Of a DNA stretch of 64,000 nucleotides, positions 39,001 through 53,214 are shown one piece after another. Positions within the stretch are counted from its first letter, which is position 1, and every line of letters begins with the position of its first letter. The stretch is taken from assembly GCF_036321535.1 (NCBI RefSeq), contig NC_087436.1:7874001-7938000 (forward strand). The letters are read 5' to 3'. The DNA is from Camelus dromedarius (taxonomy: Eukaryota). The notes below the pieces were generated by a model. That model was not told the DNA's origin. It saw only the letters and a program-made list of their open reading frames with translations, and did not search any database. The position numbers and the translations under genes are program-made.

Positions 39001-41930
39001 TTCTCAGGGACACTAAAAAGCTAATGATGGAATATTATGAACAATTCTATACTCACAAACTTGATAGCGTAGATTTAATGAACCACTTTCTTGAAAGACA
39101 CACTTTCTAAAAGTCACACAAGGAGAAACATGATTAGAATAGGCTTATTATCTGTTGAAAATTAAATCAATAATTCATAACCTTCCAAAATGAAATCACC
39201 AGACCCAGATGAATTCAACACTGTTGAATTCTAAAATTAAAAAAATAAATAAATAAAAATTAAGGAAGAAATTGCACCAATTCTCTACAGCCTTGTTTAG
39301 AAATAGAAAATAGATGGAATACTCCCTCACTCAGTCCATGAAGTGAGAATTATCTTCATACCAAAACTAGAAAAAGACATGACAAGAAAAAAAATACAAA
39401 CTACAGATCAATACATCTCATAAACATGGGTGCAGAGATAATCAACAAAATACTAACGTATAGAATCTCACAATGTATAAAAATAACTATATATTAGTAC
39501 CAAGTAGAATTTATTCAAGATATAGAAGGCTGATTCAACATTCAAAATGAATTAATACATTCCATTGCAGGAAAAGTTTAAAGGAGGGAAAAAAACACAT
39601 GATTAAAACAACAGATGCAAAAAAAAAGCATTTAGCAAAATCCAACATCCATTCATGATTTAAAAAAAAAAAAAAAAAGTCTTACCAAACTAGGAATAGA
39701 GAAAAGCTTCTTCATCTTGACGAAGAACAGCTACAAATTAACTTTTAGCTCACATCATGCTTGAGAGTTAGAAACTAGATGTTTTCACCCAAAAATTGAG
39801 AAAAAGACAGCATCATACTGGAAGTTCTAGCAAGCGCAATATGATAAGAAAAGGAAACTGAAGGTGTAGTGATTGGAAGAGAGAAATAAAACTATCTTTG
39901 TTGGCAGATGACACAATTGCCTATGAAGAAAATACCAAAGAATTGACTAAAAAAACACTTCAAACTGTTATACAATTAGAGCAAGTTCGGAAAATACAAG
40001 ATTAACATACAAAAGTCATTTGGTTTCCTCTATAGAAGCAATAAACTATTTGGATTTGAAATATAAAACACAATACCACTTTCATTAGCACCAACAAGTG
40101 GGACGTACTTAGGTAGATATCCAACCAAATATACACAAGATCTACATGAAGAAAAGTATGAAACTTTGATCAAAAAAAAAAACTAAAGAAATAAGAAATA
40201 AATTAAAAAATATTCCATCAAGGAAGACAATATTGTTAAGATGTCAGTTTTTCCCAAGTTTATGTATAAATTCAATTCAATCCCAGTTAAAATTTCTAGT
40301 GAAGTTTGTATGTAAAGGTGAAAGACTGGTAATAGCCAATACAAGACTGAAAAAGAAAAAAACACATTTGGAGAATTAATACTACTATTCTTCATGGTTT
40401 ATTATAAAGCTACAGTAATCAAGACTGTAGTACTGATGTAATAGTAGACAAATAGATCAGTGGAACGCAATATAGAGCCAAGAAATAGAGTCAACTGATG
40501 TTTGGTAAAGGAATAAAGGTGATTCAATGGAGAAATAACAGTCTTTTTAACAAGTTGTGCTGGGAAAGCTGGACATTCACATGAAAAAATAGCAAATACA
40601 GACGTAGACCTTACATTTTCCACAAAAATTAACTCAAAGTGTATTGTAGACCTGGATGTAAACTGAAAAACTTAAACATTATAGAAAATATCATAGGAGG
40701 AAATCCAGATGACCTTAGGTTTGGCAACAAATATTTAGATATAACACCAAAAGCCCCACCTATGTAAGAATAAAATAAGTTAGACTTCCGTGCTGAACAA
40801 GATACTTTTAAGACAATGAAAGACATGCCATTATCTGGGAGAAAAAAGTTGTAAAACATATATTTGGTAAAGCACTTGTATTCAAAATATACAAAAACCC
40901 CTTTAAACTCAACACACAAAAACAAAGAAATTAAAAATGGAAAAAATTCTGAATAGACAGCTCACTAAAAAAGAAAAGAAAAGAAAAGATGGCCAATAAG
41001 CATGTCAAAAATGCTCAACATCATATGGTATTAAAGAATTGCAATTGCAAATTAAGATAACATTGAAAGACTACTACACATCCATTAGAACGGCCTTGAC
41101 TGGAAACACTGACAAGAGCAAATACAGAAAAGGGTGTAGAACAGGAACTCTCATTCATTCCTGGTGGGAAAGCAAAATGATGCAGCCACTTAGGAAGACA
41201 GTTTGGCAGTTTTGACCAAGGTGAACATAGTCTTAGCATACAATCCAGCAATACTCAAGTGAGTTAAAGCCTTGGGTTCAAACACAATTTTGCACATTAA
41301 TGTTTATAGCAGTTTTATTCATAATTGCCAAACATTGGGAGCAATCAAGATGCCTCTCAATAGGTGAATGCATGAACAAACTTTGGTACATTCATACAAT
41401 GGGATGTTATTAAGCAAAAAAAGGACTGAGCTATCAAGTTATGAAATGATATGGAGAAAACTTAAATGCACACTGCTAAGAAACCAGTTGCAAAAGGCTA
41501 TACTATATACTGTATATTTCCAGTTTATGACATGCTGGAAAAGGTAAAACTATACAGACATTTAAAAAAATGAGTGGTTTCCAGAGGGAATGGGGGAGAG
41601 TGGAGAGAGTAGATGGAGTGCAAGGGATTTTTAAGGGTGGTGAAGCTATAGTGGAAGATATTGTAATAACCTGTAAAGATACATGACATTAGGCATTTGT
41701 CAATATCCATGAAACTGTCCAACACAAAGAGCAAACCCCAGTGTAAACTGTGGACTTAGGTTAATAATAATGTGCCTGCATTTGTTTATAAATTGAAACA
41801 AATGTAGCACACTAACGCAAGATGTCAAAACTAGGAGAAAAGCATGAACAGGGTTGTATCTGATGTCTGTACTATCTGCTCAGTTTTTCTGTAAACCTAA
41901 AACTGTTCATAAAATAGTCTATTAATATTT
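36025..41930 (+). mobile_element. Near full-length old LINE-1 (L1MC-like): 5' UTR, ORF1, ORF2, 3' UTR, all disrupted
   Basis: EN remnant ORF 37899-38390 (GVAILISDKADF, DITILKVYTPNNR); RT motif ttggcagatgacacaatt (LADD) at ~39901; L1MC-type 3' end gtaaactgtggactt...ttttctgtaaacctaaaactg. Confidence 0.9.
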
Positions 41931-42168
41931 CAAAGAGGATGAAGCAATTTTCAAAAATCTGACAAAATGGTTCTTTATAAATTTAATATTTTTTAAATAT
42001 TATAAAATTGGTTGTAGAAATATTTTTTCATTACTATGTTTCAAATAAGGCAAAACATAGAAATACATTTGATGAAACATGGTAATAAATATCTTTCTGA
42101 ACAAGTCTTCTGAATATTGTGCAGGTAAAAGAAAACACAAAAATTCTATATTAAATAATAGATGTAAG

Positions 42169-42210
42169 TGGACACAACATTGTAAACTGACTATACTTCA
42201 ATAAAAAATA
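42169..42210 (+). mobile_element. 42-bp ultra-truncated L1 3' tip with 17-bp TSD
   Basis: taaataatagatgtaag (42152-42168) | tggacacaacattgtaaactgactatacttcaataaaaaata | taaatagtagatgtaag (42211-42227). Confidence 0.85.
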
Positions 42211-44879
42211 TAAATAGTAGATGTAAGCATTTACCATTCTATAAAGCATAAGATAAAATGTGAATGGTTATTTGCATCTTGTATTTAATTCTCATTTCAA
42301 AATCTATTTTATTATTTTATATATATTAGGGGTGCAAAGTAGAATAATTATATATGAATCAAATTCTTGATAATTTTGTGAAAAAAAGAACTTACCCATA
42401 TGAGTTTTTTATTGTTTTGCCTACATTAATCCAGATGTACATTCTATGTATGGGCCCCTAGTAGTGTTCTGTGTTATAAATGTGTTCTTAGGTCCAAATA
42501 TTTTGATATTAATTGACTTGAGCTCAATTTTTTGACAGCAACTTCTTGGAAGATATGCCTTCAAGTTTAAGCATAAACAATGCAGTTAAGCCAGTTTTAT
42601 TTCCCCCTCTTACTTTCCTCTTTAAGTTTTGGATATCTTAGTCTTGCTTTTCTTAAGTATCTGCCTTTGTTTAAAATGTGTTTAGGGTGGCTAGTGAAAA
42701 AAGAAGTGTGAATTTTAAACCTTTGTTTCATCAAATAACCCCTGCAGTCATTCATCATAGAGTGTATTTCCTAGAGTTGCCCATCTGTGAAGCAAGTTGC
42801 AAATTGACTTGCCGTGTTTTCCTTCGTGACTTTTAATCTGGGGCTTATACTCAAGGCCACTGTTTCATTTCCTCTGTCCCAGGATCCTACTTTGAATGCG
42901 TTTCTTCTCATCATGATTATGCAGGCTCTCATTCTGTCTCAGTTTTAGATGTCTAGATTGCTCCTTCCTTGGAGAGGCACTGAGGAATCCCAAAGTGAAT
43001 TTTTAATATGTCACACAGTCAAAGTTTTAGATCAGTCATTTCAAAAATAACCTCTCAATTATATTAAATACTGTTCAGCTTTTTACATTCGTTGAGTAAC
43101 AGGAAAAAAAAAAATCATGGATCACTGGAAAGAAACCTGATCTATAAAATATATAATAAGGTTTGAATTTACATACAACACTCAAAATCTTTATACTTAC
43201 GTTTGTTTACTCTAAAAATTCACATAATTTAGACGAGGCTCCATGTCATCCAAGAAAAAGGAAGAGGGAGGGCTCTCCTTAATCACACCTATAGGGGGAC
43301 ATTCTGCCAGTTCTTTTAACTTCACGGTGTCTATAGATGTCACGTGTGTGTGATTTCTGGTGGGTCAGGAAGCAGTGCAGCTGGGAGCTACCATCAAAAC
43401 TCCAATCCACATCTGTTGTGACATCGCCGAAAAGAATTCTTCCCTAATTTATATGAGGAAACATCTTTCACCCACCACCCCTTCTCACAAAAGTACAAGA
43501 TATTGCCAAAAAACATCTGGACTCTCTGCAGAAAGGAGGCATTTCTCATCTTACAAGGCTTTGTTTTCATTAGATTTTAGTATAATTTTCTGTCATTATG
43601 CGGTGAATCACTTTATATTAGTGTCAGATATGGTAACTCAAAAATATTTTTTGAATTTTTTTTTGAAGGAGCCTTCTTAATTATTCCAACTGTCTCAGAC
43701 TTCCCATAATACCAAAAAAGAGCAAATCCTTTTTTTTTCCCCAAGTTCAGCAGTTTTATTATTTTTTTGTTTGTTTGTTTGTCTCTTTTCCTTTTCTCAA
43801 GATTCAGAAGTCTATAAACCTTTGGGTCTGCAAAAGTTGATTTAAAATAATATCAGTGCTAAAATAAAAAATCAACTCTTTTAAAATTAAGGGTTTATAA
43901 ATCTATCTCTTAATTGTTATATTGCACAGTAGTTGTAGTGTTTGTTTATTTTAAAATGTATTAGACTGACTTCATAGTGAGTGATTGGGTTAACATTGAT
44001 CTAAGAGCTCTAATTTCAGCATTTTTTAAGTTCTTAGAGTTCACTATTCAATACTTATTGGTTATATATGGCCAAGTATCTATTTTAATTAGGATATATT
44101 GGCATTAGATGCTATAATATGGCCCTCTGCTGAGTTATGAAAAGTATTTCAGGAATCAAAATAAGTCTCTAATTAGAGCTGTGTGTTAAAGATCTGAAAT
44201 TTTCAAGTCTGCAAAAAGTTACACCTAGTAACGTCCAAAATGAACACATGAGTAAATTGTACAATAGCATGTTTGTGTGTGAACTACAAATTCTTCTCAT
44301 TTCTAGCTGTCTTTTTTTTTAATATGCTGTATTTTCAAAACTATTCTAGTGTGACTAATCATGAAACAGCTTATAAAATTTACAGGAATTATCTAGTCAA
44401 GTTGGTGCCAAACTTGAATGCAAACTGTTAATTCAATCAGCAAATAAATATATACGGTCTGCCAAAACATTACAAGTGAATAAATCTGTAGGTGTGGACA
44501 GCATTCTTGAGACTCAAAGAGCTGCCTCTGTTACATCAACACCTCTCTCTCAGCTCACACCTATGGCATCATTAGTTGTGTTTTTTTAAACCAGGAAAAA
44601 AAAAATAGGCAAAGTTGAAAACTGGGTTATCTCCATTTAGTCTAAAACAAAACTGGGACATGCCAATGAGAGTCCCACACTGAAAGACAGGGTTATGGAA
44701 AACAGTGCAGATCTTTGAGCAGTAGACCTAATGCTTAGAACTAAGGTTGCAGATAGATGCCTTAGTGATGTGAGCATGTTACCTGCTTCATCTGGCTTTT
44801 CAGAAAGCAAGGTGGTAATGTTGTTGGCATCAAAGTCTTGAACAAAGGCTTGTGAATGGGTTGTGCTGTTGGAATCAGC

Positions 44880-45230
44880 ACAAGTGCATAGTTTTTTGTC
44901 ACATCCTGAGAGCAGAATCTTCTGCAGAAGAGATACTCGACCACCATATATGTGTATGTGGTACTTGCCTAATAGTCCAATGGACAGAGTTTTCATGGCA
45001 TCAGGGATGGAAGGTCTAATGGGCCCAATAGCATGAACTCCCTCTCACCAGTCTGGCTACTGCCAGGGCTAAAGTCACTGGCAGTCACCAATCCTATATC
45101 CTCACTCTGTTCTTCTCCCTCCAGGAGACTGACCACCCACCTGATTGCAGGTAAACTATTAAGACTGACCCTTTTCACCATGGAAGGGACAGGAATCTGT
45201 GTGAAGTGGAGTTAGATATATTTCAAGAAC
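44880..45230 (+). mobile_element. ERV-L/MaLR internal fragment (RNaseH end / integrase start)
   Basis: catggcatcagggatggaagg...gggcccaatagcatgaactccctctcacc resembles the ERV-L HGGRDGG..WAQQHGLPLT region. Confidence 0.55.
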
Positions 45231-45291
45231 AAGGAAGAGACAATAAATGCTAATGATGGCGTTGTGGCCATTTAATTTTTAACCCTGCATT

Positions 45292-46004
45292 TGTAATGAT
45301 TATTCCAGAGGTTCTGACCAGCCATCACAGTGAAGAATTAGTAAGTCAGCATAATTAATGGATCCAAGCTGTGGAAGGAATAGACCAGGACACTGGGTAT
45401 CCTGTGCCTCCATCTATATCACCTTGTCACGTGGGGCCTTAGACAGGCCAGCCCAATTATTTATTACTGCAAGAGTTAGGCAGTTAGATAAGTGGGGGAA
45501 CCAGGCAGACAAGTGGAGGAGAGGGAGGAGGGTCCAGAAGATGGCATTATGCCCGCCTGCAGCACAAAGGGACTTTATGACTTTTAAATGAGTGCCAGCG
45601 CGAATCCGGTTAGCCATGACTGCGTGGTAGCGACAAGGATTTAAACCGACATGAACCAGTGCTCACAATTAACATTGTGGTTTAGTCCCCAACCCCCTAC
45701 AATGGGTTTTCCTGTGTGCATCATGGGTAAGGACACACACAAAAGGGGCCAAACATGACTCAGTACTCCAGGGGCAAGAGCTGTCAATCAGTCAAGAGAC
45801 CCCCTCTAAGCGAGGGTACAAGAGAGGAGAAAATGACCATTGCCATCCTCCCTCGGATCAGCCGGCCTCCTGTTCTTGGAGGTGTAGTTTTCCTTTTTAA
45901 AATAAATCTTTTAAAATCTTTCACTACACGATGCAGCTTCTCCCAACTGTAACCTTATCTTTGGGGTATGGCAAGACCTGAGGTCTTTACCTTTTGGAGT
46001 AACA
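45292..46004 (+). mobile_element. ERV1-type solo LTR
   Basis: TGTAATG...GAGTAACA termini, AATAAA at ~45900, U5-like tail. Confidence 0.7.
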
Positions 46005-48291
46005 CAAGCATCTAGTCATTATTGCTGAAAAGATTCCTATGGGTGGATGTCAGAGCTGGCTGAGTCCGTGCATGTAGCAGGCTAAAACTGCCAAGAATTT
46101 AACGACCCCAGGGGCCCCTTTCTGCCAATAACTGGTAGGAACTAACGGATCCATATCCACTCATCAAAACTGCTCATTGAAAACTACTCATAAAATGCGC
46201 ATGTTATTAGATGTCTTTCCTACAAGTGCTTCCTATTATCATCTCCAAAAATACTGCACTCAGATCTTAGGTCTTATTTCCTTCTGGGGGAAGCTCCTTG
46301 AAGACATTCAAATGGATATCCCCGGCCTTCTCTTTTATAAATATATAGAGCAGTACAAAGGAGAGATTGGCATTTTACTGGAATTCTCATTTGCAGCTTA
46401 GCACATCTCTCTGCATTTTGATCTTTCTTTCCCTGTAATCACCCCTTTAATTAATTATTTCACATTAGAACTTTAGGGTGCTGATTATATACGTGTCCAT
46501 GGCCCTATTCCCACAGCAGTCACTATATCCAGTTCTTGGTGATGTTCATTCCTTTTCTAATTCAATGCCACACTGATATCCTAAGCTAAAAGGCTGAACT
46601 GTGAAGTTTGTAGAAATATACACTTTATATAAAATGATAGAGAACTAGGAGAGGAGAATCTGGATTTGCTAGGTCACGTGGCTAAAGCAACAGGGTTTAC
46701 ACTGCAGCCTGGATCAGTGGAAAGGTCTTCTCTTGTCCTGAACTCTCTCCAAAAGCTGTAGCTTTAAAGAGGTCTTTAAAATGTACTGGTGGCCCAGGCT
46801 GATCTCTAATGTTTATTTCCTCTTAACTTCAAAAAGAGCGACTAAGTGTCATATGTCTTTCTTAGGGGTAGAGAGCGCAATGGTTCAACAAGTGCATTTG
46901 ATTTTAGAGAGGGTATTTTGACATGTCCCCAGATCATTGCTCTCCAGAAGTTTCAGCATATTCCAGATTTTTTTTTTTTTCATTTCTCCCATCACCTGGA
47001 CCATATATGTATTACCACGTTACCGACACTACCTGCTACTTCTGGTATCCCAGGTTTAATCAGCCTGCTTTACGATCTATAAGGTGGTTCTGGATGGTGG
47101 CCCTAAGATGGGGGGGGGGTGTTTAATGATTCAGCAGACTAGATTATGACAGGAAGCTGAAATAATCCAGAAAGAAACATTGCTGCTACTGTCTGTTGAA
47201 AATAAGTTGTTTATAGTATGCGTGAGTGCCTGGGATAGAATATATATTACTAGCCTGGAAGCCTCACAAAAGATGACAGGATCTGTGTGGATTTGGTCAG
47301 GTAAAGAGACTACATCAGTCAACTATCTGCAGTTAGAGCTAATACCAGTTATATTTATAATAATCCACTTACATTCTCTAAGTTCCTGTGTTTTCTACAT
47401 AAGCTAAATAAGCTAAAAAAATTAGGAAAGTGATAGGAGTCAACAGAGTTCATTTTAAGTCCTTGAGACTGGCATGCACCTGTGAAATCCATGGCAGATG
47501 TGGCATTGTATGATTCTTACTATTTTAGTACAGGCGGAAAGGGGCTTCATCGAAGTGCTCTTATCACAAGGAACCCATGTGAATATTCTGCCAGGTTCCA
47601 ATTGCAGTTAATTCACATTTGCATACAGGAAGTGGGGAGATAAGCACAGGGTGTGCTCACGAGGGTATTAAACCTTTTTGAGTCAAACTCAGCCTCTTCT
47701 GCCTCCCTCTGCTTTCCAACTGAGTAGTAAATCACAGTGATTCTCTGTGATGCCAGAAATTCACATCAATACAAAATCCATGCACCCAAATCCTCTAAAC
47801 TGAGTACTTCCGTCTTTTCTATGATACACATTCACCTTAGTAAGTGCCCCAAGTCCCACAAGCGCACTTGTGACCATGTCAGAACATTCTTCTTGAAGGA
47901 CGTTTGTTCTCTCTTCATAAAATGGGCTCTGTGTCTACGAACTCACTTGGGTCTAGAAATTGGGTAGAGAATCCTGACTGTAATAACTTACATCAGGTCA
48001 TTTTCTCCAAACCTAGAGGGTTGTACCTATCTACCATCCAACTAACTAACCACCCATCCATTTATCTATCATCTGTCTTTATGTATCTATTTTTTTTTAT
48101 CATAGGTCCAATAGAACTTTCTTAGATTGCTCACCTATTTGAGTTCTGGGGCACCGATCAAATAGCCCTGAACAAAGAACATGAGTTTCAAACCATTTTG
48201 ATTATTGATTTGACCCTGACATTGATTACGGTGGCCATGGCCACTCCGCTTCTGGTGATTTTATTTTGCAGCTACTGATGGTGTCCAGCAC

Positions 48292-48670
48292 TGTATCACT
48301 CAGGAGTGATACAGAAATCAGAAACAACTCTAGGTATTTTTAGCAGAAAGAGGTTTAATACAAACAATTAGATGCTGAAAAAGTCACATGGGACTGTGTC
48401 TGGACTGTTGGCCTCAAGTTCAGACCTGTACTGTCATGATGAAAAGGTCATGTTTTAACAGCCTCTGACACCCATAAAACTAGGAATCAGATAAGAGAAC
48501 GCAGAACCTACTTATTTCACCTTCTCAAGTGCAGACGTCTCTGCCCACGTCCTGCTTTTCAAATCTTATGCTTTTGCATCTAATTGATATAATCTACTTA
48601 TCTAGAGTGTTAATTGCAAACAGTTACAAAAATGTAGTCTTTGCTTAGAAACTTTTCAGTATAGAAAGGT
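48292..48670 (-). mobile_element. Old ERVL-type LTR (LTR33-like)
   Basis: cagaaacaactctaggtatttttagcagaaagaggtttaatac, similar to the element at 9080. Confidence 0.5.
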
Positions 48671-48809
48671 AGAACACTTTCCCTAACAATTGCTTTGCCT
48701 CTAATTATTTATTACTTCACTGCATGTGCTTTCATCATAATATCATTAGCATAAGGAAGTTGTCCAGAAAACTGACAGAAAATGAAGAAAAATAATGCAT
48801 CAGTTCTTT

Positions 48810-49035
48810 TGAGGACTTGTGCTGAGCACAGTTTTTAGCATGTTAGATATATTGACGATCTTATTTTTTATAATAACCCTAAGAGTTACCGTAATTATTT
48901 CATTTTACAGATGAGGAAACTGAGAGGTGACATGCTAAGTGAGACATCAGATCTTACAGCAGTAAATGGCAGGGCTGGGTGATACACCTTGGTAGTGTGT
49001 GTTTCCAGAGCATGCGCTCTGAACCGCTGTGACGT
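48810..49035 (-). mobile_element. MIR SINE
   Basis: MIR core cattttacagatgaggaaactgag...cagcagtaaatggcagggctggg. Confidence 0.85.
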
Positions 49036-50757
49036 ACCATCTCCAGTTTAACATTTGCTGAACGTAAGTTTCCACCTTGCTGGATTCTGATTGTTCTCAG
49101 GGCTACCTCTCTCTAGCTGTAGGAAGAATAGAGACCCTTCTAAAGATCTGGAGTCTCTTCACGTTGTTTTTTGGTTCCTGCTCACGGCTTCCTTAATCTG
49201 GGCACTCTTCCATGTATTCACTAAAGTAACAAATTTATATCATCTGAATAAACTTGATATCTCACTTTCCTTCATAAGAATTACTTTCATCAAAAAATAA
49301 GGGTGCCTAACATGTATTCAAACATGTCAAATATCTATCTATCTATCTATTATCTATCTATAATTTTTCATCTGTCTATTGTGAGCACTTGTGATAGAAA
49401 ACATGTTCAGTTACTATATTAAGAAGAGGTATAGAACTTACGGACTTGCAAAAACTTTAGAAATTATTTAAACTAATTTTGGATGTCAAAATATACTTCC
49501 AAATACATTGTTTTTCTTTCCATTATTAAAATCAAAATCTTTCTCTCTGTTTGAGGAGTCTATATAAACGGAATGAAGGAGTGACTTATTTCAGAATAAA
49601 TCATTATTCAGAGAAAGAAGAGTAAAGATAATTGACTGAGAACATTAAAAGAGGGCAATATTATGTAATCTGATGTAAAAAAATAATAATTTGCAAGTTA
49701 GAAATTCATTAATGAAACTTTCAATGAAAATATGTAGGAGAATTGTTGCAGTCATGCCATACGCATAATAATTCTTTCAATGGGGGAGGGAATGGTCAAT
49801 TAGCTGGAACTCCAATGTGGCCATTAGTTAAATAATCCTTTCTTGCACAGCTAGGTTTCCCAAGTAACTGGCCGTGAATAGAAAAGCAACATCCATAGCA
49901 ATTTATATAAGCACAAATTTGCAAGCCTTTGTAATCGGCCCTAAGCAGATTATCAAGGACATGAAGATGACTTCTCTAAGCTTCAAAATTTTCATTTATG
50001 AAATTAGATCATTAGATGCTAGGATCCCTAAAAAAAACATTGTTCTGAATTTCTATCAGTTAATATTACCTTTCTATGTAGTTGAAAGGATTGATCATTC
50101 TCACCTATCACTGAAAGATGATTCAATTAATGTATTATAGTATAATTAGTATTTCTTAAACATAATAGAATGCATGAGGAATCCAGTTTAGCTCACAAGC
50201 GGAGATGGTATCTATGACCGGAAGCACTGTTATCATACCCGTCCAGTCTGAGTGGTTTGGAGATCAATACATTTTTTTGTATAAAATGAACATTCAACAG
50301 TGTCCCATCTCTAAAGCTGACCCTTACTAATTCCATTAGTTATTTTTACACTTAACATAGATATTATCAGATCAGACTGAGCCTGCCTGATACACTCAGT
50401 AAAAAGAGATTTGTTTTATACTTACATTGAGCATTTAAATTTTGCCTTTGCTATTGTTTTGAGCTTCAGGAGACATGCAGAAGCATTCTTCTCCTGCAAT
50501 TCTGATTTTCTACAGTTTTAAAAAGAACTTGATCCACATCAGGGAGTATTACTTCTACACATTGTATTTGTCTGAAATTTCTGCCAAAGACTGCATTAGT
50601 GTCTGGTATCTTTCTGCTCAGAAGCTACTGTAATATTGGCAGCTTTCTTCACTTTTAATATAAAATCTAGAAAATAAAGATATTTTGTGAGACTATCCTG
50701 TGATATCCTTCCACCAACGAGATGGTTCTCAATTATGTTGGCCGACATGAGTGAATC

Positions 50758-51240
50758 TGTAACACAGAAGAAAAAACCTGACTCCATATTGGATCTGTTC
50801 TTTTGGCTCTAACCCTGGGCTGTTTCCTGTGCTGAGTCATGCTGGTTCTGTACCTTTTGTAAAAGGATGTTGCCTAGAGCCTGAAATAGACAGGAAAGCC
50901 CATCCTCAAGGCTCTGACCCTTAAGGGTGTAACATTTTACCATTCATATAGAGAACAGTTGCAGAACAGAAAATAACAATTGTAAATTTACAGGTACATT
51001 GTGACCAGACCTACATGGACAGATGCAAGAATGAAGGATTCCAGCACCAAGAAATTTGCAACCAGCCACACCACCTCCCCTTTTAGTATGAGAAGCCTAA
51101 ACTCTAAGGGTAAGACTAGTCCATCATCTTCTATGTCTGCTGTCTTTCCAAATAAAGTTGCTATTCCTTGCTCCAACACCTCATCTCTCAATTTATTGGC
51201 CTGTTGCGTGGTGAGCAGAAGGAGCTTGAACTCAGTAACA
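50758..51240 (+). mobile_element. ERV1-type solo LTR
   Basis: TGTAACA...CAGTAACA termini; AATAAA at ~51151; flanks aatc/aatt; same family as 53820-54245. Confidence 0.85.
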
Positions 51241-53214
51241 AATTTATTGTCAATGCTTTAAAAGAGTTAATGAAACAAATACTTAGTAATCACTACAATA
51301 AATAATAAAAGTTATTACTAATTGTTAAGCTTTCTAGACATGACTGAATACATAAAATAATCAAAACCTTGTTACATGTGCTCTAGAATATATAATGCTG
51401 AATAAAATTATCGTGAATCATGAGCTATTGTGTTAATATTCTTTTTTTTTCTACATTTTTCATTGTGTCAATATTCTAATTGGTATACTAGTCTGCAACA
51501 AGGAAAAAAAAAGTTCAATTATCCCCGGCTTATTGTAATACTGTATAATAAAAATTTCCTTCCTGAACACTTTTCAGCTATTATAGGATAATGACACTTC
51601 ATCTCTTTCTGTGTCACAAATATTCCCTTTCTCCACCCTGTGACAATTGACTTCAGTCTAAATTAAAGCCCTTTAAGCCATGATCTTACTGCACTCCCTT
51701 TTCACTGAGTACCATTAATTCAATTATTAATACTCTACTTCTATTGACTGATTGTCGCTTGCAGCTTCTGGAGAGGTAATGGATCTGAAATTAATACCCA
51801 TTTCTTCCCCTTTATAATTTCAAACTGCAGTGATCATGGTTTAGTTATGCCCTGTTTCCTGTTTCAGATAAGCAAGGGAACCTGATTTAAAAACAGATAG
51901 CTAGCTGCTTCTGAGAAATGTCTATCACAATATAAATGACTCCCCTTTGAATTTTCAGGGTAAGAAAAAGTTGCAATTATCAGCTCATTAGGTATTACTT
52001 GAAGATATTTCTTGGATAATTATTGCAGCTTTTTTCTCTTTTAAACATAATTATTTTTAATTTTAATAATTTTATTGAGACATAGTTGATATACAAAGAA
52101 CTTTATGTATATGGTATATATTTTTATTTTATTATAATTATTCTTTTTTTTTTTACTGTGGTTAAATAAATAGAAACTTTTAACTAAATTTCCTACTTTA
52201 GAAAAATTAACTATACAATGTCTTTCGAATGTCAAAGAATCCAGTTAATTTACCTATCTAGGAAACATAGCTAGATACCCACATATATGGGTTAAACTTC
52301 CAGTTAACGCAAATCTTGGCAGTATTGTTTTCATGATTCACTTTTAGTATTTTTCTTCTTATTTTACAGGTAACTACAGAGGTGAGGATCAAGCTTTCAA
52401 ATTTGGCCTACAAAAAAAAAGGATAAAAATTAGTATGGTACTTGAAAATATTAGAAAAAATATCCTTTAAAAAGCCTACTCTCAATTTTTAAATCCAATA
52501 CAATGAAATTTTAGATACATCAATTTGAATAACTGTCATTCTTCAGATTTCTTTCACACTAATGGCTTCAACCTATTTCTGCCACAGATGTTTTCCTCCG
52601 AGATGCTTTAAGCCAGTAAATGTAACTGGTCTCATTTCCTTCTTCCCTTTCTTAGATACTGGCATTTAAATGGGTTTATTAATGAGCAATTATCTAGCCA
52701 AATATGATTGCATTCAGGGGAAATTAAATAAGCATTGCTGGATAACACAAAAATGGCTTAAATTAAATTGAAATAATGAAGTGTTGAATATTTAAAGTTG
52801 ATCAAAAAGATAGACTGTTTTAAAATATTTTATGATAATTTTAAGCAAAGATTCAAACAGTGTATTACACTGACTGGTGGTGCTGATTTCCTGCATGCTC
52901 AGGCATGTGGAAATCTTACATGCTTAGTTTCTCAGGGGGGTTTCAGACTTCCTTAACCAAGGAAGTGTGTTTTGGTTTGTTTTTGTTTTGTTTTGTTCCC
53001 CAGAACCGTGCAGTTTTATTAACCATTCAAGTGCAGTCTTAGACAGTCTTAACTTTGCTCTCAATTCCCCATTTGCTATTCCAGCCAAGACTCAATTCTA
53101 AAGAAGCTACTGACAGATCAGTTTGATTTTCTTCAATAAACAATGGAGTGGCTCTATTTAAATATTTCTGAGCTCAAGTTTTCAATATGATGATGAACCC
53201 CTCATGGATTTTTT

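Noticed and set aside
44637..44996. 119-aa minus-strand ORF
   Set aside because: It overlaps, antisense, a degraded ERV-L/MaLR internal fragment and shows no protein family signal.
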